Positions 10,224-18,800 of a DNA stretch of 32,000 nucleotides are shown here, one piece after another (position 1 is the first letter of the stretch; each line of letters begins with the position of its first letter). Both the position numbers and the translations under genes were made by a program. The stretch is taken from positions 750,001 to 782,000 of the forward strand of contig CP001848.1 in the NCBI GenBank assembly GCA_000025185.1, in the 5' to 3' direction. Source of the DNA: Pirellula staleyi DSM 6068 (lineage in GTDB: Bacteria > Planctomycetota > Planctomycetia > Pirellulales > Pirellulaceae). The notes below the pieces were generated by a model. The model had not been told where the DNA came from, searched no databases, and was given only the letters and a program-made list of their open reading frames with translations.

Positions 10224-10292
10224 GGCAAACTTTCTGCTAGCAGAGCTTGGTGTTTTAATGGGAGCGAATCGTCCGCTCAGAAAATGTAACAA

Positions 10293-10308
10293 TGCAACTT
10301 CGGTGCCA
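10293..10308 (-). promoter_or_regulatory. Sigma-54 (-24/-12) promoter directed into sbp-cysTWA-yezD
   Basis: Minus strand reads TGGCAC-CGAAG-TTGCA, an exact match to the TGGCAC-N5-TTGCW consensus. The -12 element is ~70 nt upstream of the sbp ATG. A sigma-54 activator gene is divergent 130 nt away. Confidence 0.7.
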
Positions 10309-10437
10309 CTATTATTTTGTTGATCACCGTACTAAACTATCGTCGATGGAGAGTGATATCGGCCGTATGCGAGCATATTTGCTGGATTGGCCGTGATATA
10401 GAACGGCCACAAACCGTGATTAGCCACGGGAGGAACG

Positions 10438-12039
10438 ATGGAAACGCTGAGTCCACTTCTACTAGCAGTTTGGCGAGAGACTTGCCGGCACATTGAACTG
10501 GGAGAGGCAATGGAGCGCATTGCTCCCTTGCTAGCTCCAGCCATTCCGGCCCAGGCGATGCTGGTGCGGCATGTGGCGGTCGATCGGAGCGTGATGGAGA
10601 CGCTGGCCGCCGTGGAACTTGCCGGGACCGAGCAGGCGGCGATGCCCCGCAGCGAGATGGCTCCGGAAGTGCTCGACGGAATGCTGGCCTGGTGGCATTT
10701 GCGGAGAGTGCGTCATGCTGCGGCCGACGTGATCATCCGCGAACTTCCGGCGCTCCTCCCTCCGGAAACTTCGGGGGATGTCATTGCCGTTCCGCTCGCG
10801 TGCGAACATGGACTGTTTGCGGTGATGATTTTGGTGTCGCGCAAGGGAGTCGTGTTCACCGAGGGGCATCAGCAACTGGCGCTCGCGCTCGCGGAGCCTT
10901 TGGCGGTCGCTGTGGAAAATGATCGTCGGCTGAAAGAGCTCGTCGCCTTGCGCGAGAAAGTGGAAGCCGAGAATCGCCGCCTGCTTTCGAAACTGGGGCG
11001 GAGTGATCTATCGGAAACAATCGTCGGCAGCGAGAGCGGACTGCGCGAAGTGATGGAGCGCGCGACGCTTGTGGCCCGCGCGGATGTTCCGGTTTTGCTG
11101 CTCGGCGAAACGGGGAGCGGCAAGGAAGTGATTGCTCGCGCCGTGCATCGGGGTTCGCGGCGCGCCGAGGGTCCGTTCCTACGAGTGAACTGCGGCGCTA
11201 TTCCTGCTGAACTTGTCGACAGCGAACTGTTTGGTCACGAGAAGGGAAGCTTCACCGGCGCCAGTGCGATTCGCAAAGGTTGGTTCGAACGCGCAGATGG
11301 TGGAACCCTGTTTCTCGACGAGTGTGGTGAACTTACACCCGCGGCTCAAGTTCGTTTGTTACGCGTCCTTCAGGATGGAACGTTCGAGCGCGTCGGTGGC
11401 GAGAAACAGCTGCATGTCGACGTGCGTGTGATTGCCGCGACCCATCGCAACTTGCAAGGGATGGTTCGTGAGGGAACGTTTCGCGAGGACTTATGGTATC
11501 GCCTCGCGGTGTTTCCCGTACATCTGCCGCCTCTTCGTGACCGGCGCGAAGATATACCAGCCATGGCGATTCATTTCGCGGCCCGCGCCGCTGCGCGCTA
11601 TGGTCTGCGCCCTTGCAATCCGACCGAAGAGGACATGCATCTGCTGCTGAATTATTCCTGGCCCGGGAATGCGCGCGAACTCGGCGCGGTGATGGAGCGC
11701 GCTGCGATCCTTGGCAATGGGCACTCGCTCGACGTGGCGACAGCGCTCGGCAATGTTCCCGCACTACCAGCCGCGACGAGCCCACCGGCGCAGCGCGCAC
11801 CAGCAGCAGTTGCAAGTAGCTCAGCCTCGCGCGAAACAGTGGTGACGCTCGATGAAGCGAATCGGCGTCATATTCAAAGTGCGCTTGCAGCGACTGATGG
11901 ACAGATCGAAGGGCATCGTGGGGCGGCGAAGATCCTGGGGATCAATCCGCATACGCTGCGAGCCCGGATGAGAAAACTGGGGATCGCCTGGCAGACATTT
12001 CGTCCATCAGGCGATGGCCCCAGCAGCGCGACGAGTTAG
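10438..12039 (+). CDS. Sigma-54-dependent Fis-family transcriptional activator (EBP) with GAF-like N-terminal sensor domain
   Basis: AAA+ core: [32 protein letters not shown] (GAFTGA-type loop), [23 protein letters not shown]-terminal Fis HTH: [33 protein letters not shown] lies 5 nt upstream of the ATG. Confidence 0.92.
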   Translation: METLSPLLLAVWRETCRHIELGEAMERIAPLLAPAIPAQAMLVRHVAVDRSVMETLAAVELAGTEQAAMPRSEMAPEVLDGMLAWWHLRRVRHAAADVIIRELPALLPPETSGDVIAVPLACEHGLFAVMILVSRKGVVFTEGHQQLALALAEPLAVAVENDRRLKELVALREKVEAENRRLLSKLGRSDLSETIVGSESGLREVMERATLVARADVPVLLLGETGSGKEVIARAVHRGSRRAEGPFLRVNCGAIPAELVDSELFGHEKGSFTGASAIRKGWFERADGGTLFLDECGELTPAAQVRLLRVLQDGTFERVGGEKQLHVDVRVIAATHRNLQGMVREGTFREDLWYRLAVFPVHLPPLRDRREDIPAMAIHFAARAAARYGLRPCNPTEEDMHLLLNYSWPGNARELGAVMERAAILGNGHSLDVATALGNVPALPAATSPPAQRAPAAVASSSASRETVVTLDEANRRHIQSALAATDGQIEGHRGAAKILGINPHTLRARMRKLGIAWQTFRPSGDGPSSATS

Positions 12040-12153
12040 CGACGTCGCGCGATCGGTTGCACAGGCATCGTCGTCACCAGCAGAACTGCACGAATCGCTT
12101 AGAAACTCGCTATTTCCAGCGGATTTCGCACGTTTTCGGCAGTTTGATAGCGA

Positions 12154-15100
12154 CTAGGAGAACCAGCGGCGCCAGCCGAACCGGTTACCACGTCCGAAGA
12201 TATTCTCGACTGCGGCGAGATCGATTTCACATCGCACAGGGCGGCATGAGGCATCGTCGTCGTCGCTCTCTTCTTCACTGTCGTCGTCGACAATCGTGTC
12301 GATTGGTGCTGGCGTGCAGTCATCCTCTTCGGTGGGCGTTTCATCGGTTCCACCTGGTGTTGGCAGCTCTTCGGTCGGAGCAGCGGCCACTTGCAGGGTC
12401 ACCGCAGCGAGCATGCTTTCGAGCTCACCATCGTTGATCCAGTAGGTGAAGCCATCGGTTCCACTGAAGCCTGCATTCGGGGTGTAGACGAACGAGCCAT
12501 CCGCTGCAAAGGTCACTTGCCCATTGAGAGGCTGCTGGAAAATGGCAGCCGTGAGTGCATCGCCATCGAGGTCGCTATCGTTGCTCATCACGCCGTTTTC
12601 AGGGGTCGTGGTGAGGGTCGAATCGGCATCGAGGTGATACTCGTCGTTCGAAGCGACGGGGCGCGAGTTTTCACTCGTCACCACATCGATCGTCACGGTC
12701 ACTGGCGTGCTCTCACCAGTAGCATCGACAGCCGCATAAGTGAAGCTGTCTTGCCCCACGAATCCAGCAGCCGGTGTGTAGGTGAAGCTACCATCGGGAT
12801 TGAACGTCAGTTCGCCCGACGATGGCGGCGCCACCAAGAGCGCGGTGATGGGGTCCCCTTCTGCATCGGTGTCGTTCGCCAGCACACCAGGTGCTGCTTG
12901 AACGAGCGGCGTATCGACAGTGGTGGTGTACGCATCGCCGGTGGCGACAGGGACAAAATTGTTCGACAATCCAAGCACGTTGATGGTGACGGTGGCAGGA
13001 GCACTCACCGAATCGCCACTCCGAACTTGATAGGTGAACGTCACCGTGCCGACAAAGTCGGTGGCCGGAGTGTAGACGAGCGAACCATCGGCAGCGAGCG
13101 TGAGATCGCCACTCGAAGGACCTTCGAGCAACTCGGCGACCAGTTCGAGTTCCCCTTCGGTCGAGTCGTTCGCGAGGACACCTGGGGCATCGATCGCCAG
13201 GACAGCGTTGGCATTCATCGTATACTCATCGCCGACAGCAACGGGGGGCGTTGCTTCCACGACTTCGCCCACGTTGATCACCACTGTAGCGACGTTGCTT
13301 TGCGACATCGAATCGCGGAGCTGATAGGTGAAGTGATCTTCACCCACATAGCCAGCGGCTGGAATGTAGCGAAGCGAACCATCGGCAGCCAGTTCGAGCG
13401 TGCCGTGCTGTGGCGGAGCAATCACATGCGCGGTGAGCGCGTCGCCATCGACATCGCTGTCGTTAGCCATGATGCCTCCGGCGGCATCTACCAGTAGCTC
13501 TTCGCCGCTGGTCACCTCGTAGGCATCTCCTTGCGCCACAGGCATATCATTGAGCGACTGCACTGTGATAGTGACCGAAGTTTCGACACCTGGTGTACTA
13601 CCGTTGCTGGCGATGTAGGTGAACGAATCAACGCCGTTCCAGTTGGCAGCAGGTGTGTAAACCAGCGAGCCATCGCTCCCCAGCGTGAGGGTTCCGTTGG
13701 TCGGTCCGGTCACCACTTCGGCCGAGAGTGTCAGACCTTGTGGATCGAGATCGTTGGCCAGAACACCCATTCCAGCATCGAGCGAGAGGGTGCCATCTTC
13801 TCCCACGCTATACATGTCACTCATCGTGACAGGGGTATCGTCGATCGGCGCTACTTCGATCGAAACCGTTTGCTCGGCCGAGGTAGTGACACCATCGGAA
13901 ACGACAAACGTAAACGAATCGCTACCAAAGTAGTTGGCGCTCGGCGTATAGATGAACGAACCATCGCTGGCCAGCGTGACGGTGCCGTTGGTCGGACCGT
14001 TCACAATCTCGACCGTGAGGGGATCGCCTTCAACGTCGGTCGCACCTTCCAGAACACCAGGAGCAGCGACTTCGAGCACCGTATCTTCGTCGATCGTGTA
14101 GCTGAAGTCGGCACCGACGGGAGCGTCGTTCACCGCAGTCACTTCGATCGAAACCGTCTGTTCAGCCGAGGTGGTGACACCATCGGAGACGACAAACGTG
14201 AACGAGTCGCTGCCGAAGAAGTTGGCACTCGGCGTATAGATGAACGAACCATCGGCATTGATCGTCACGGTGCCATTGGTCGGACCCATAGCAATCGCTG
14301 CGGTGAGCGTATCACCATCGATATCGGTCGCTCCTTCGAGCAGACCTGGCGCGGCAATCTCGAGCGACATATCTTCTTCAACACTGAAGCTGAAGTCGGC
14401 GCCGACAGGGGCGTCGTTCACCGCAGTCACATCGATCGATACCGTTTGTTCGGCCGAGGTGGTGACACCATCGGAAACGACAAACGTGAACGAGTCGCTG
14501 CCGAAGAAGTTGGCACTCGGCGTATAGATGAACGAGCCATCGGCATTGATCGTCACGGTGCCATTGGTCGGACCCATCGCAATCGCTGCGGTGAGCGTAT
14601 CACCATCGATATCGGTTGCCCCTTCGAGCAGACCTGGCGCGGCAATCTCGAGCGACATATCTTCTTCAACACTGAAGCTGAAGTCGGCGCCGACGGGGGC
14701 GTCGTTCACTGCAGTCACATCGATCGATACCGTTTGCTCGGCCGACTCGGTCACTCCATCCGACACCACGAACGTGAAGGTATCGAGACCAAAGAAGTTC
14801 TCGTTCGGGGTGTAGATGAACGAGCCATCTTCCGACAAAGTGAGCGTGCCGTTGGTGGGGCCGGTGCGCACGATGGCAGTCAGGGTTTCGCTGTCGACAT
14901 CGGTCGCACCTTCGAGAATGCCAGGAGCGAGGATTTCGAGTGTCGTATCTTCTTCCACGCTATAGCTGAAGTCGGCTCCAACGGGGGCGTCGTTGACAGG
15001 GTTGACGTTGATCGTCACCGTGGCCACGTCGCTCATCGTTTGACCGTCACCCACCATGTAGCTGAAGCCATCGACGCCGAAAAAGTTTTCGTTCGGCGTG

Positions 15101-15954
15101 TAGACAAACGAGCCATCGGCGCTGAGCTCCACGGTGCCATTGACCGGCTGCGAGACGATGACCGCGCTGAGCGTGTCGCCATCGGCATCGGTATCGTTGG
15201 CGAGCACACCGTTGCCTTCAGCGGTGAGAAGCGTATCTTCATTCACCTCGTAGACATCGTTGCCCGACTGCGGCGCATCGTTCACCGAAGTGACGCTGAT
15301 GCTCACCGTCGCTTGACCGATGGTGGTGCCGTTAACGATGGCGGCATAAGTGAAGGAATCGTCGCCGCTGAAGTTAGCGTTCGGTGTGTACACAAACGAG
15401 CCATCTTCAGCGAGTTCGAGCGTGCCGTTGGTGGGACCATCGACGAGCGAAACGCTGGCGTTCTGACTGGCCGAATAGTTGTCGTTGGCCAGCAAACCAG
15501 CACTTTCGGTGATATTTAGCAGACCATCTTCTTCGAGCGAATAAGCATCATTCGTCGGCAAAGGGGGTGTTTGCTCGGGGCTGACGCGAAGCGTAACAGC
15601 GGCGAGCGAGCTGCTGCTGGTTCCATCGCTCGCCTGATAGAGGAAGCTATCGACGCCGGAGAAACCAGCGTTGGGGGTGTAGACGAAACTGCCATCGGCG
15701 TTGAACTCGAGGGTTCCGTTGGCGGGACCGTTGAAGAGCGACGCGGTAAGGGTATCCCCTTCAGCATCGGTGTCGTTTGCCAAGACGGCACCGACCGATG
15801 AGGTGTAGGGCTGATCGACGAGTGTTTGAAACAGATCGTTGACCGCCATCGGCGACGCACCCGAAAGCACGCTCCGATTTTCGAGTGATTCGATTCGCAG
15901 ATTTTTGCGAAGTGCCGAACGAACATTGCGACGAGACTTACGAATCTTCGACAT
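12154..15954 (-). CDS. Giant secreted repeat protein: 12 tandem ~96-aa Ig/cadherin-like ('tandem-95'-type) repeats
   Basis: Start at 15954 (MSKIRKSRRNVRSALRKNLRIESLENRSVLSG), with GGAGG 5 nt upstream. Each of the 12 units follows the pattern ...ND-x-Y-x-(V/L)-x-ED...(V/L)LANDTDxDGD-x-L(T/S)...GP-x-NG-T(L/V)...DGSF-x-YTP-x-x-x-F-x-G-x-DSFTY...V-x-I-x-V-x-x-VND-x-P. Acidic, Cys-containing C-terminal tail. Confidence 0.9.
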   Translation of the reverse strand: MSKIRKSRRNVRSALRKNLRIESLENRSVLSGASPMAVNDLFQTLVDQPYTSSVGAVLANDTDAEGDTLTASLFNGPANGTLEFNADGSFVYTPNAGFSGVDSFLYQASDGTSSSSLAAVTLRVSPEQTPPLPTNDAYSLEEDGLLNITESAGLLANDNYSASQNASVSLVDGPTNGTLELAEDGSFVYTPNANFSGDDSFTYAAIVNGTTIGQATVSISVTSVNDAPQSGNDVYEVNEDTLLTAEGNGVLANDTDADGDTLSAVIVSQPVNGTVELSADGSFVYTPNENFFGVDGFSYMVGDGQTMSDVATVTINVNPVNDAPVGADFSYSVEEDTTLEILAPGILEGATDVDSETLTAIVRTGPTNGTLTLSEDGSFIYTPNENFFGLDTFTFVVSDGVTESAEQTVSIDVTAVNDAPVGADFSFSVEEDMSLEIAAPGLLEGATDIDGDTLTAAIAMGPTNGTVTINADGSFIYTPSANFFGSDSFTFVVSDGVTTSAEQTVSIDVTAVNDAPVGADFSFSVEEDMSLEIAAPGLLEGATDIDGDTLTAAIAMGPTNGTVTINADGSFIYTPSANFFGSDSFTFVVSDGVTTSAEQTVSIEVTAVNDAPVGADFSYTIDEDTVLEVAAPGVLEGATDVEGDPLTVEIVNGPTNGTVTLASDGSFIYTPSANYFGSDSFTFVVSDGVTTSAEQTVSIEVAPIDDTPVTMSDMYSVGEDGTLSLDAGMGVLANDLDPQGLTLSAEVVTGPTNGTLTLGSDGSLVYTPAANWNGVDSFTYIASNGSTPGVETSVTITVQSLNDMPVAQGDAYEVTSGEELLVDAAGGIMANDSDVDGDALTAHVIAPPQHGTLELAADGSLRYIPAAGYVGEDHFTYQLRDSMSQSNVATVVINVGEVVEATPPVAVGDEYTMNANAVLAIDAPGVLANDSTEGELELVAELLEGPSSGDLTLAADGSLVYTPATDFVGTVTFTYQVRSGDSVSAPATVTINVLGLSNNFVPVATGDAYTTTVDTPLVQAAPGVLANDTDAEGDPITALLVAPPSSGELTFNPDGSFTYTPAAGFVGQDSFTYAAVDATGESTPVTVTIDVVTSENSRPVASNDEYHLDADSTLTTTPENGVMSNDSDLDGDALTAAIFQQPLNGQVTFAADGSFVYTPNAGFSGTDGFTYWINDGELESMLAAVTLQVAAAPTEELPTPGGTDETPTEEDDCTPAPIDTIVDDDSEEESDDDDASCRPVRCEIDLAAVENIFGRGNRFGWRRWFS
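12385..15860 (-). repeat. In-frame tandem coding repeat array, period 288 nt, 12 units
   Basis: The periodicity shows directly in the protein and in the paired shadow ORFs 14240..14527 and 14528..14815. Units 4-7 are most similar. Units 5 (14416-14703) and 6 (14128-14415) are near-identical at the nucleotide level. Confidence 0.85.
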
Positions 15955-16330
15955 GCTGGCCTCCAAGTGCCTGCGACGAATGTGCGAAGCGATTGCGCAC
16001 ACGAGTCGGCGTGGGACGTTCGCAGCCGATGCCTGCGAGAACGATGTAGCCTGCATTGAGAACGGTGGAGTGCGCACACGAACTGGCAACCATCGAGCAG
16101 CGCGAGTCAGAAGGGATCGCGTCGATCGATGGGCAGATTGCGAGTGCAGGGTTTCTCAAGGCACGGGAAATCGCTCGCGCTAGTAGCAGCTGCGAATTTC
16201 AGAACAGCGAGTCATCGATGCCGCTGAAGCGAGCGCCTGTGTGCTACTTGCGACGATTCCTGTCGCGACACACGAGTCACCACTTCGCACCGATCACTCC
16301 AATTAGCCGCATCCCGGCGGCATCAGAAAC

Positions 16331-16362
16331 GCGAGGTCTCAATCCATTCCCTGAGACCTCGC
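16331..16362. other. Perfect 11-bp stem / 10-nt loop hairpin in a gene-free region
   Basis: GCGAGGTCTCA-atccattccc-TGAGACCTCGC. There is no adjacent U-tract on the plus strand and only a weak one (GTTTCTG) on the minus strand. Confidence 0.5.
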
Positions 16363-17107
16363 CTAAAGACTGCTGTGAGTGGCACGAATGACCACTCAGA
16401 GACAGACAATCAACTCTCCAGAATTCCGGCCCGCCGATCTCTTGCAAGAGACCTCTGCGGACAATCTCCATGCCATGCTATGACAGCTTTTTCCCCTTAT
16501 TTCCCTACGAATACGCATGGTTGATAGGATCCTTGAATCGTGATGACTCTTCCCATGACTGGCCCAGTTCTAGGCCAACTCTTGCAGAGTTCAAGCAGAC
16601 TTTTTAGGGAATTAGCAAAAAGTTTTTATCAATCTCTTTGCGAGTTTCGTGCCATTTCGCGTAGGAAATGCGCGGCGCATAGTGGCAGCAAACGTACTGC
16701 TATTAGTGGTCGGCACTGGCATAGCCGCGATGCGTGATATCGCGCTCCACCCCTTTGGCCGAGCGATCCCCACTCGATCGGCAAACTGCATGAAAGGTCC
16801 CTGCCAAAACGTGTGAACTGGGCAAGCTCGGCGCTTATCAACAGTTTTTGAAGAGGCGCGGGGACGATGAATTTTTCATCACAGCGATTTGTAGATTTGT
16901 CTTGAATCGCAGAGGGCCTGCAGAAGAAATGACAATCGGCCCCGCGCAGCAATGCAGCGACTTCACGCGACAGTTTCATCGGCGAACTTCGATCGCTTGG
17001 CCGCTGATGAGCCACTGCTGCGGCACTGGTCGATTAGCGGGTAGCTTGCCATACTTGCATCTGCTGGTGCGAGATGCCGGATGATGTGACAGCCGAAGGA
17101 GCATGCG

Positions 17108-17437
17108 ATGAGTGGCGAAGTGTGGCAAGTGATCACAACCACAGCAGATGAGCAAGATGCGAAGAAGCTGGCCCAGGCAGCGCTCGAGAAACGTCTGGCG
17201 GCCTGCGTGCAAATTGGGGGACCAGTCGAGAGCAGCTATTGGTGGAACGGCCGGATTGAGTCGGCTCGCGAGTTCGTGTGCGTCTTCAAAACGACGAGCG
17301 CCGCGTATCCCAAGCTCGAGAAGTTGCTCCTCGAATTGCACCCCTACGAGGAACCCGAAATCGTGGCGACTCCTGCCGTGGCGGTCAGCAGCGGCTATAG
17401 CAAATGGATCGCGGCCCAGCTGAAGCAGAAGGCCTAG
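17108..17437 (+). CDS. cutA: Divalent-cation tolerance protein CutA
   Basis: CutA1 family pattern: LAACVQI.GPVESSYWWNGRIESAREFVCVFKTT...LHPYEEPEIVATPV. 109 aa, the typical size. Confidence 0.9.
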   Translation: MSGEVWQVITTTADEQDAKKLAQAALEKRLAACVQIGGPVESSYWWNGRIESAREFVCVFKTTSAAYPKLEKLLLELHPYEEPEIVATPAVAVSSGYSKWIAAQLKQKA

Positions 17438-17471
17438 CGCGCTCTTAAGACCCGAGCAGCAATGGCTTTCG

Positions 17472-17510
17472 GACGACCGCTACTTCTTGGTCGTCTTGGT
17501 TTTCTTTTCC
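17472..17510 (+). terminator. Probable intrinsic terminator of cutA
   Basis: GACGACC-(10 nt)-GGTCGTC followed by TTGGTTTTCTTTTCC, 35 nt after the cutA stop codon. Confidence 0.5.
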
Positions 17511-17671
17511 ACCAGCACGCGATGACTGGGGCGGCAGACCACCACCAGCCCGAGCACGATGCAGAGCAAAAAGAGCCCCCAGCCAACACTCACCTTCGCC
17601 GTCGAGGCTTGCGCCAGCAGCGGAAAAAAGCTCACCATCAAGTTCGAGAAGATCGCGAGGCTGGTGATCAT
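17480..17671 (-). CDS. Possible small two-TM membrane protein (weak call)
   Basis: 63-aa ORF with two hydrophobic stretches and a KKTKTTKK tail. The tail is encoded by the complement of the cutA terminator U-tract, and there is no SD, so the ORF may be fortuitous. Confidence 0.3.
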   Translation of the reverse strand: MITSLAIFSNLMVSFFPLLAQASTAKVSVGWGLFLLCIVLGLVVVCRPSHRVLVEKKTKTTKK

Positions 17672-17873
17672 AACGGGCTCAGGCCGGGGCTATTTTCGCA
17701 GGAAACGGGTACGCATTCGAGCGGACCGGAAAGGTCGCAAGTGGTTTTCTAGTCACCACCTACAGCGTGCAGCTCGCGAGCGCTGCGGCATCTCGGGCGG
17801 TCCAGTATTTTCCTTACTGTAACCTGCTCGCGAGCCGGTTGCTACTGTTGCGTTCTCTCGAACAGCAGCTCGC

Positions 17874-18680
17874 TTACAGCCCGAGGACGTCGTACATGCT
17901 GTAGAGTCCCGGTGGTTTGCCAGCGATGAACTTGGCAGCGGAAAGTGCACCGGTGGCATAGCAATCGCGATTCGATGCTTTCACCGTCACTTCCAGCGTT
18001 TCCCCGAGCAGGCCAAACACGATCGTGTGTTCGCCCGGGTTATCGCCGGTCCGAACAGCGTGATAGCCGATCTCGGTCGAGGGGCGTTTGCCAGTCATTC
18101 CGTGGCGACCATGCTTGGCTTCTGGCAGGTCCATCACCCCGGCGATGATCTCGCCAAACTTCAGGGCGGTGCCGCTGGGGGCATCTTCTTTATAGCGATG
18201 ATGGCGCTCGATGATTTCGACATCGACGCCAGCTGCCTGTGAACGCAAAGCGGTGCCAGCCATAGCACAGAGCTTCATGGCCAGGTTCACCGTGGTGCTC
18301 ATGCTGGGAGACCAAACGATCGGAATCACCTCGGCGGCCCGGCGGATCTCGTGCTTTTCTTCTTCGTGCAGCCCGGTGGTGGCGACAACGAGCGGAATCC
18401 GCTTCTCGACACACGTTTTGACGATCGAGAGACAGGCTTCTGGAATACTGAAGTCGATCACGGCATCGACAGCGGTGTGGATATGCGACCCGAAGGGGAC
18501 ATTGAGCTCAACCACCCCGGCGACGAGCCCGGCATCTTGTCCGATGAGGGGGTTATCGGCCCCTTCGAGCGCGGCGACGATGGAAAGCTCTTTATCGACA
18601 CTCCCGAGGGCGATCAACCGCCGCCCCATGCGGCCCGCTGCACCGTGAATCGCCACCCGAACTTTGGAATTGGTCGTCAT
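17874..18680 (-). CDS. dapB: 4-hydroxy-tetrahydrodipicolinate reductase
   Basis: N-terminal Rossmann motif VAIHGAAGRMGR. Conserved E(R)HHRxKxDAPSGTA motif (IIERHHRYKEDAPSGTALK). 268 aa. Confidence 0.93.
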   Translation of the reverse strand: MTTNSKVRVAIHGAAGRMGRRLIALGSVDKELSIVAALEGADNPLIGQDAGLVAGVVELNVPFGSHIHTAVDAVIDFSIPEACLSIVKTCVEKRIPLVVATTGLHEEEKHEIRRAAEVIPIVWSPSMSTTVNLAMKLCAMAGTALRSQAAGVDVEIIERHHRYKEDAPSGTALKFGEIIAGVMDLPEAKHGRHGMTGKRPSTEIGYHAVRTGDNPGEHTIVFGLLGETLEVTVKASNRDCYATGALSAAKFIAGKPPGLYSMYDVLGL

Positions 18681-18800
18681 CGCTTGGATCTCGAAAAACT
18701 GAGCCTGCGCAAGCAGAAAACCGACGCGTGGCAGGCAAGATGGGGAATATAGCTAGTGGCGATTCGACTCGAAAACGCCACCAACTAGCAAGGGATTCTA

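Noticed and set aside
28-10292. Upstream ATG starts given by the ORF track for several genes (28, 2792, 4109, 4724, 5094, 8197, 10292; likewise 16089, 21092, 23024, 24813 and 29880)
   Set aside because: The N-terminal extensions are R/W/P-rich, lack SDs, and overlap promoters, repeats or neighbouring genes. They also displace the obvious signal peptides and family N-termini. Internal starts with SD-like sequences were preferred, and the first gene is open to the window edge.
14128-14703. Regular direct repeats that could be mistaken for a CRISPR array; the same question arises for 20689..20786
   Set aside because: The 288-nt units are contiguous, in frame and protein-coding. The 22-26-nt units at 20689-20786 abut one another with no unique spacers. 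No cas genes are present in the window.
12391-15519. Plus-strand ORFs of 368 and 662 aa (12391..13497, 13531..15519), plus the identical 95-aa pair 14240..14527 / 14528..14815
   Set aside because: They are antisense to the giant repeat gene. Their periodic sequence simply mirrors the 288-nt coding repeat on the minus strand, which has the clear Ig/cadherin-like signature, an SD and the N-terminal motif.
16711-16725. Sigma-54-like sequence CGGCAC-TGGCA-TAGC on the plus strand
   Set aside because: It has mismatches at the first T and in the -12 TTGC. The nearest downstream plus-strand gene (cutA) is ~380 nt away. It is much weaker than the exact site at 10293-10308.
16629-17015. 128-aa minus ORF in the gene-free region (also 16056..16391, 16540..16737 and 16848..17084 on the plus strand)
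   Set aside because: The products are Cys/Arg/His-rich with no SD, no motifs and low GC3-type bias. I could not support any of them as coding, so the region is reported as a finding instead.
18740-18800. GTGGCG...CGCCAC hairpin downstream of thrC as a terminator
   Set aside because: It has only a 6-bp stem with a 14-nt loop and no U-tract on the minus strand. thrC and dapB may be co-transcribed, so the evidence is insufficient for a feature call.
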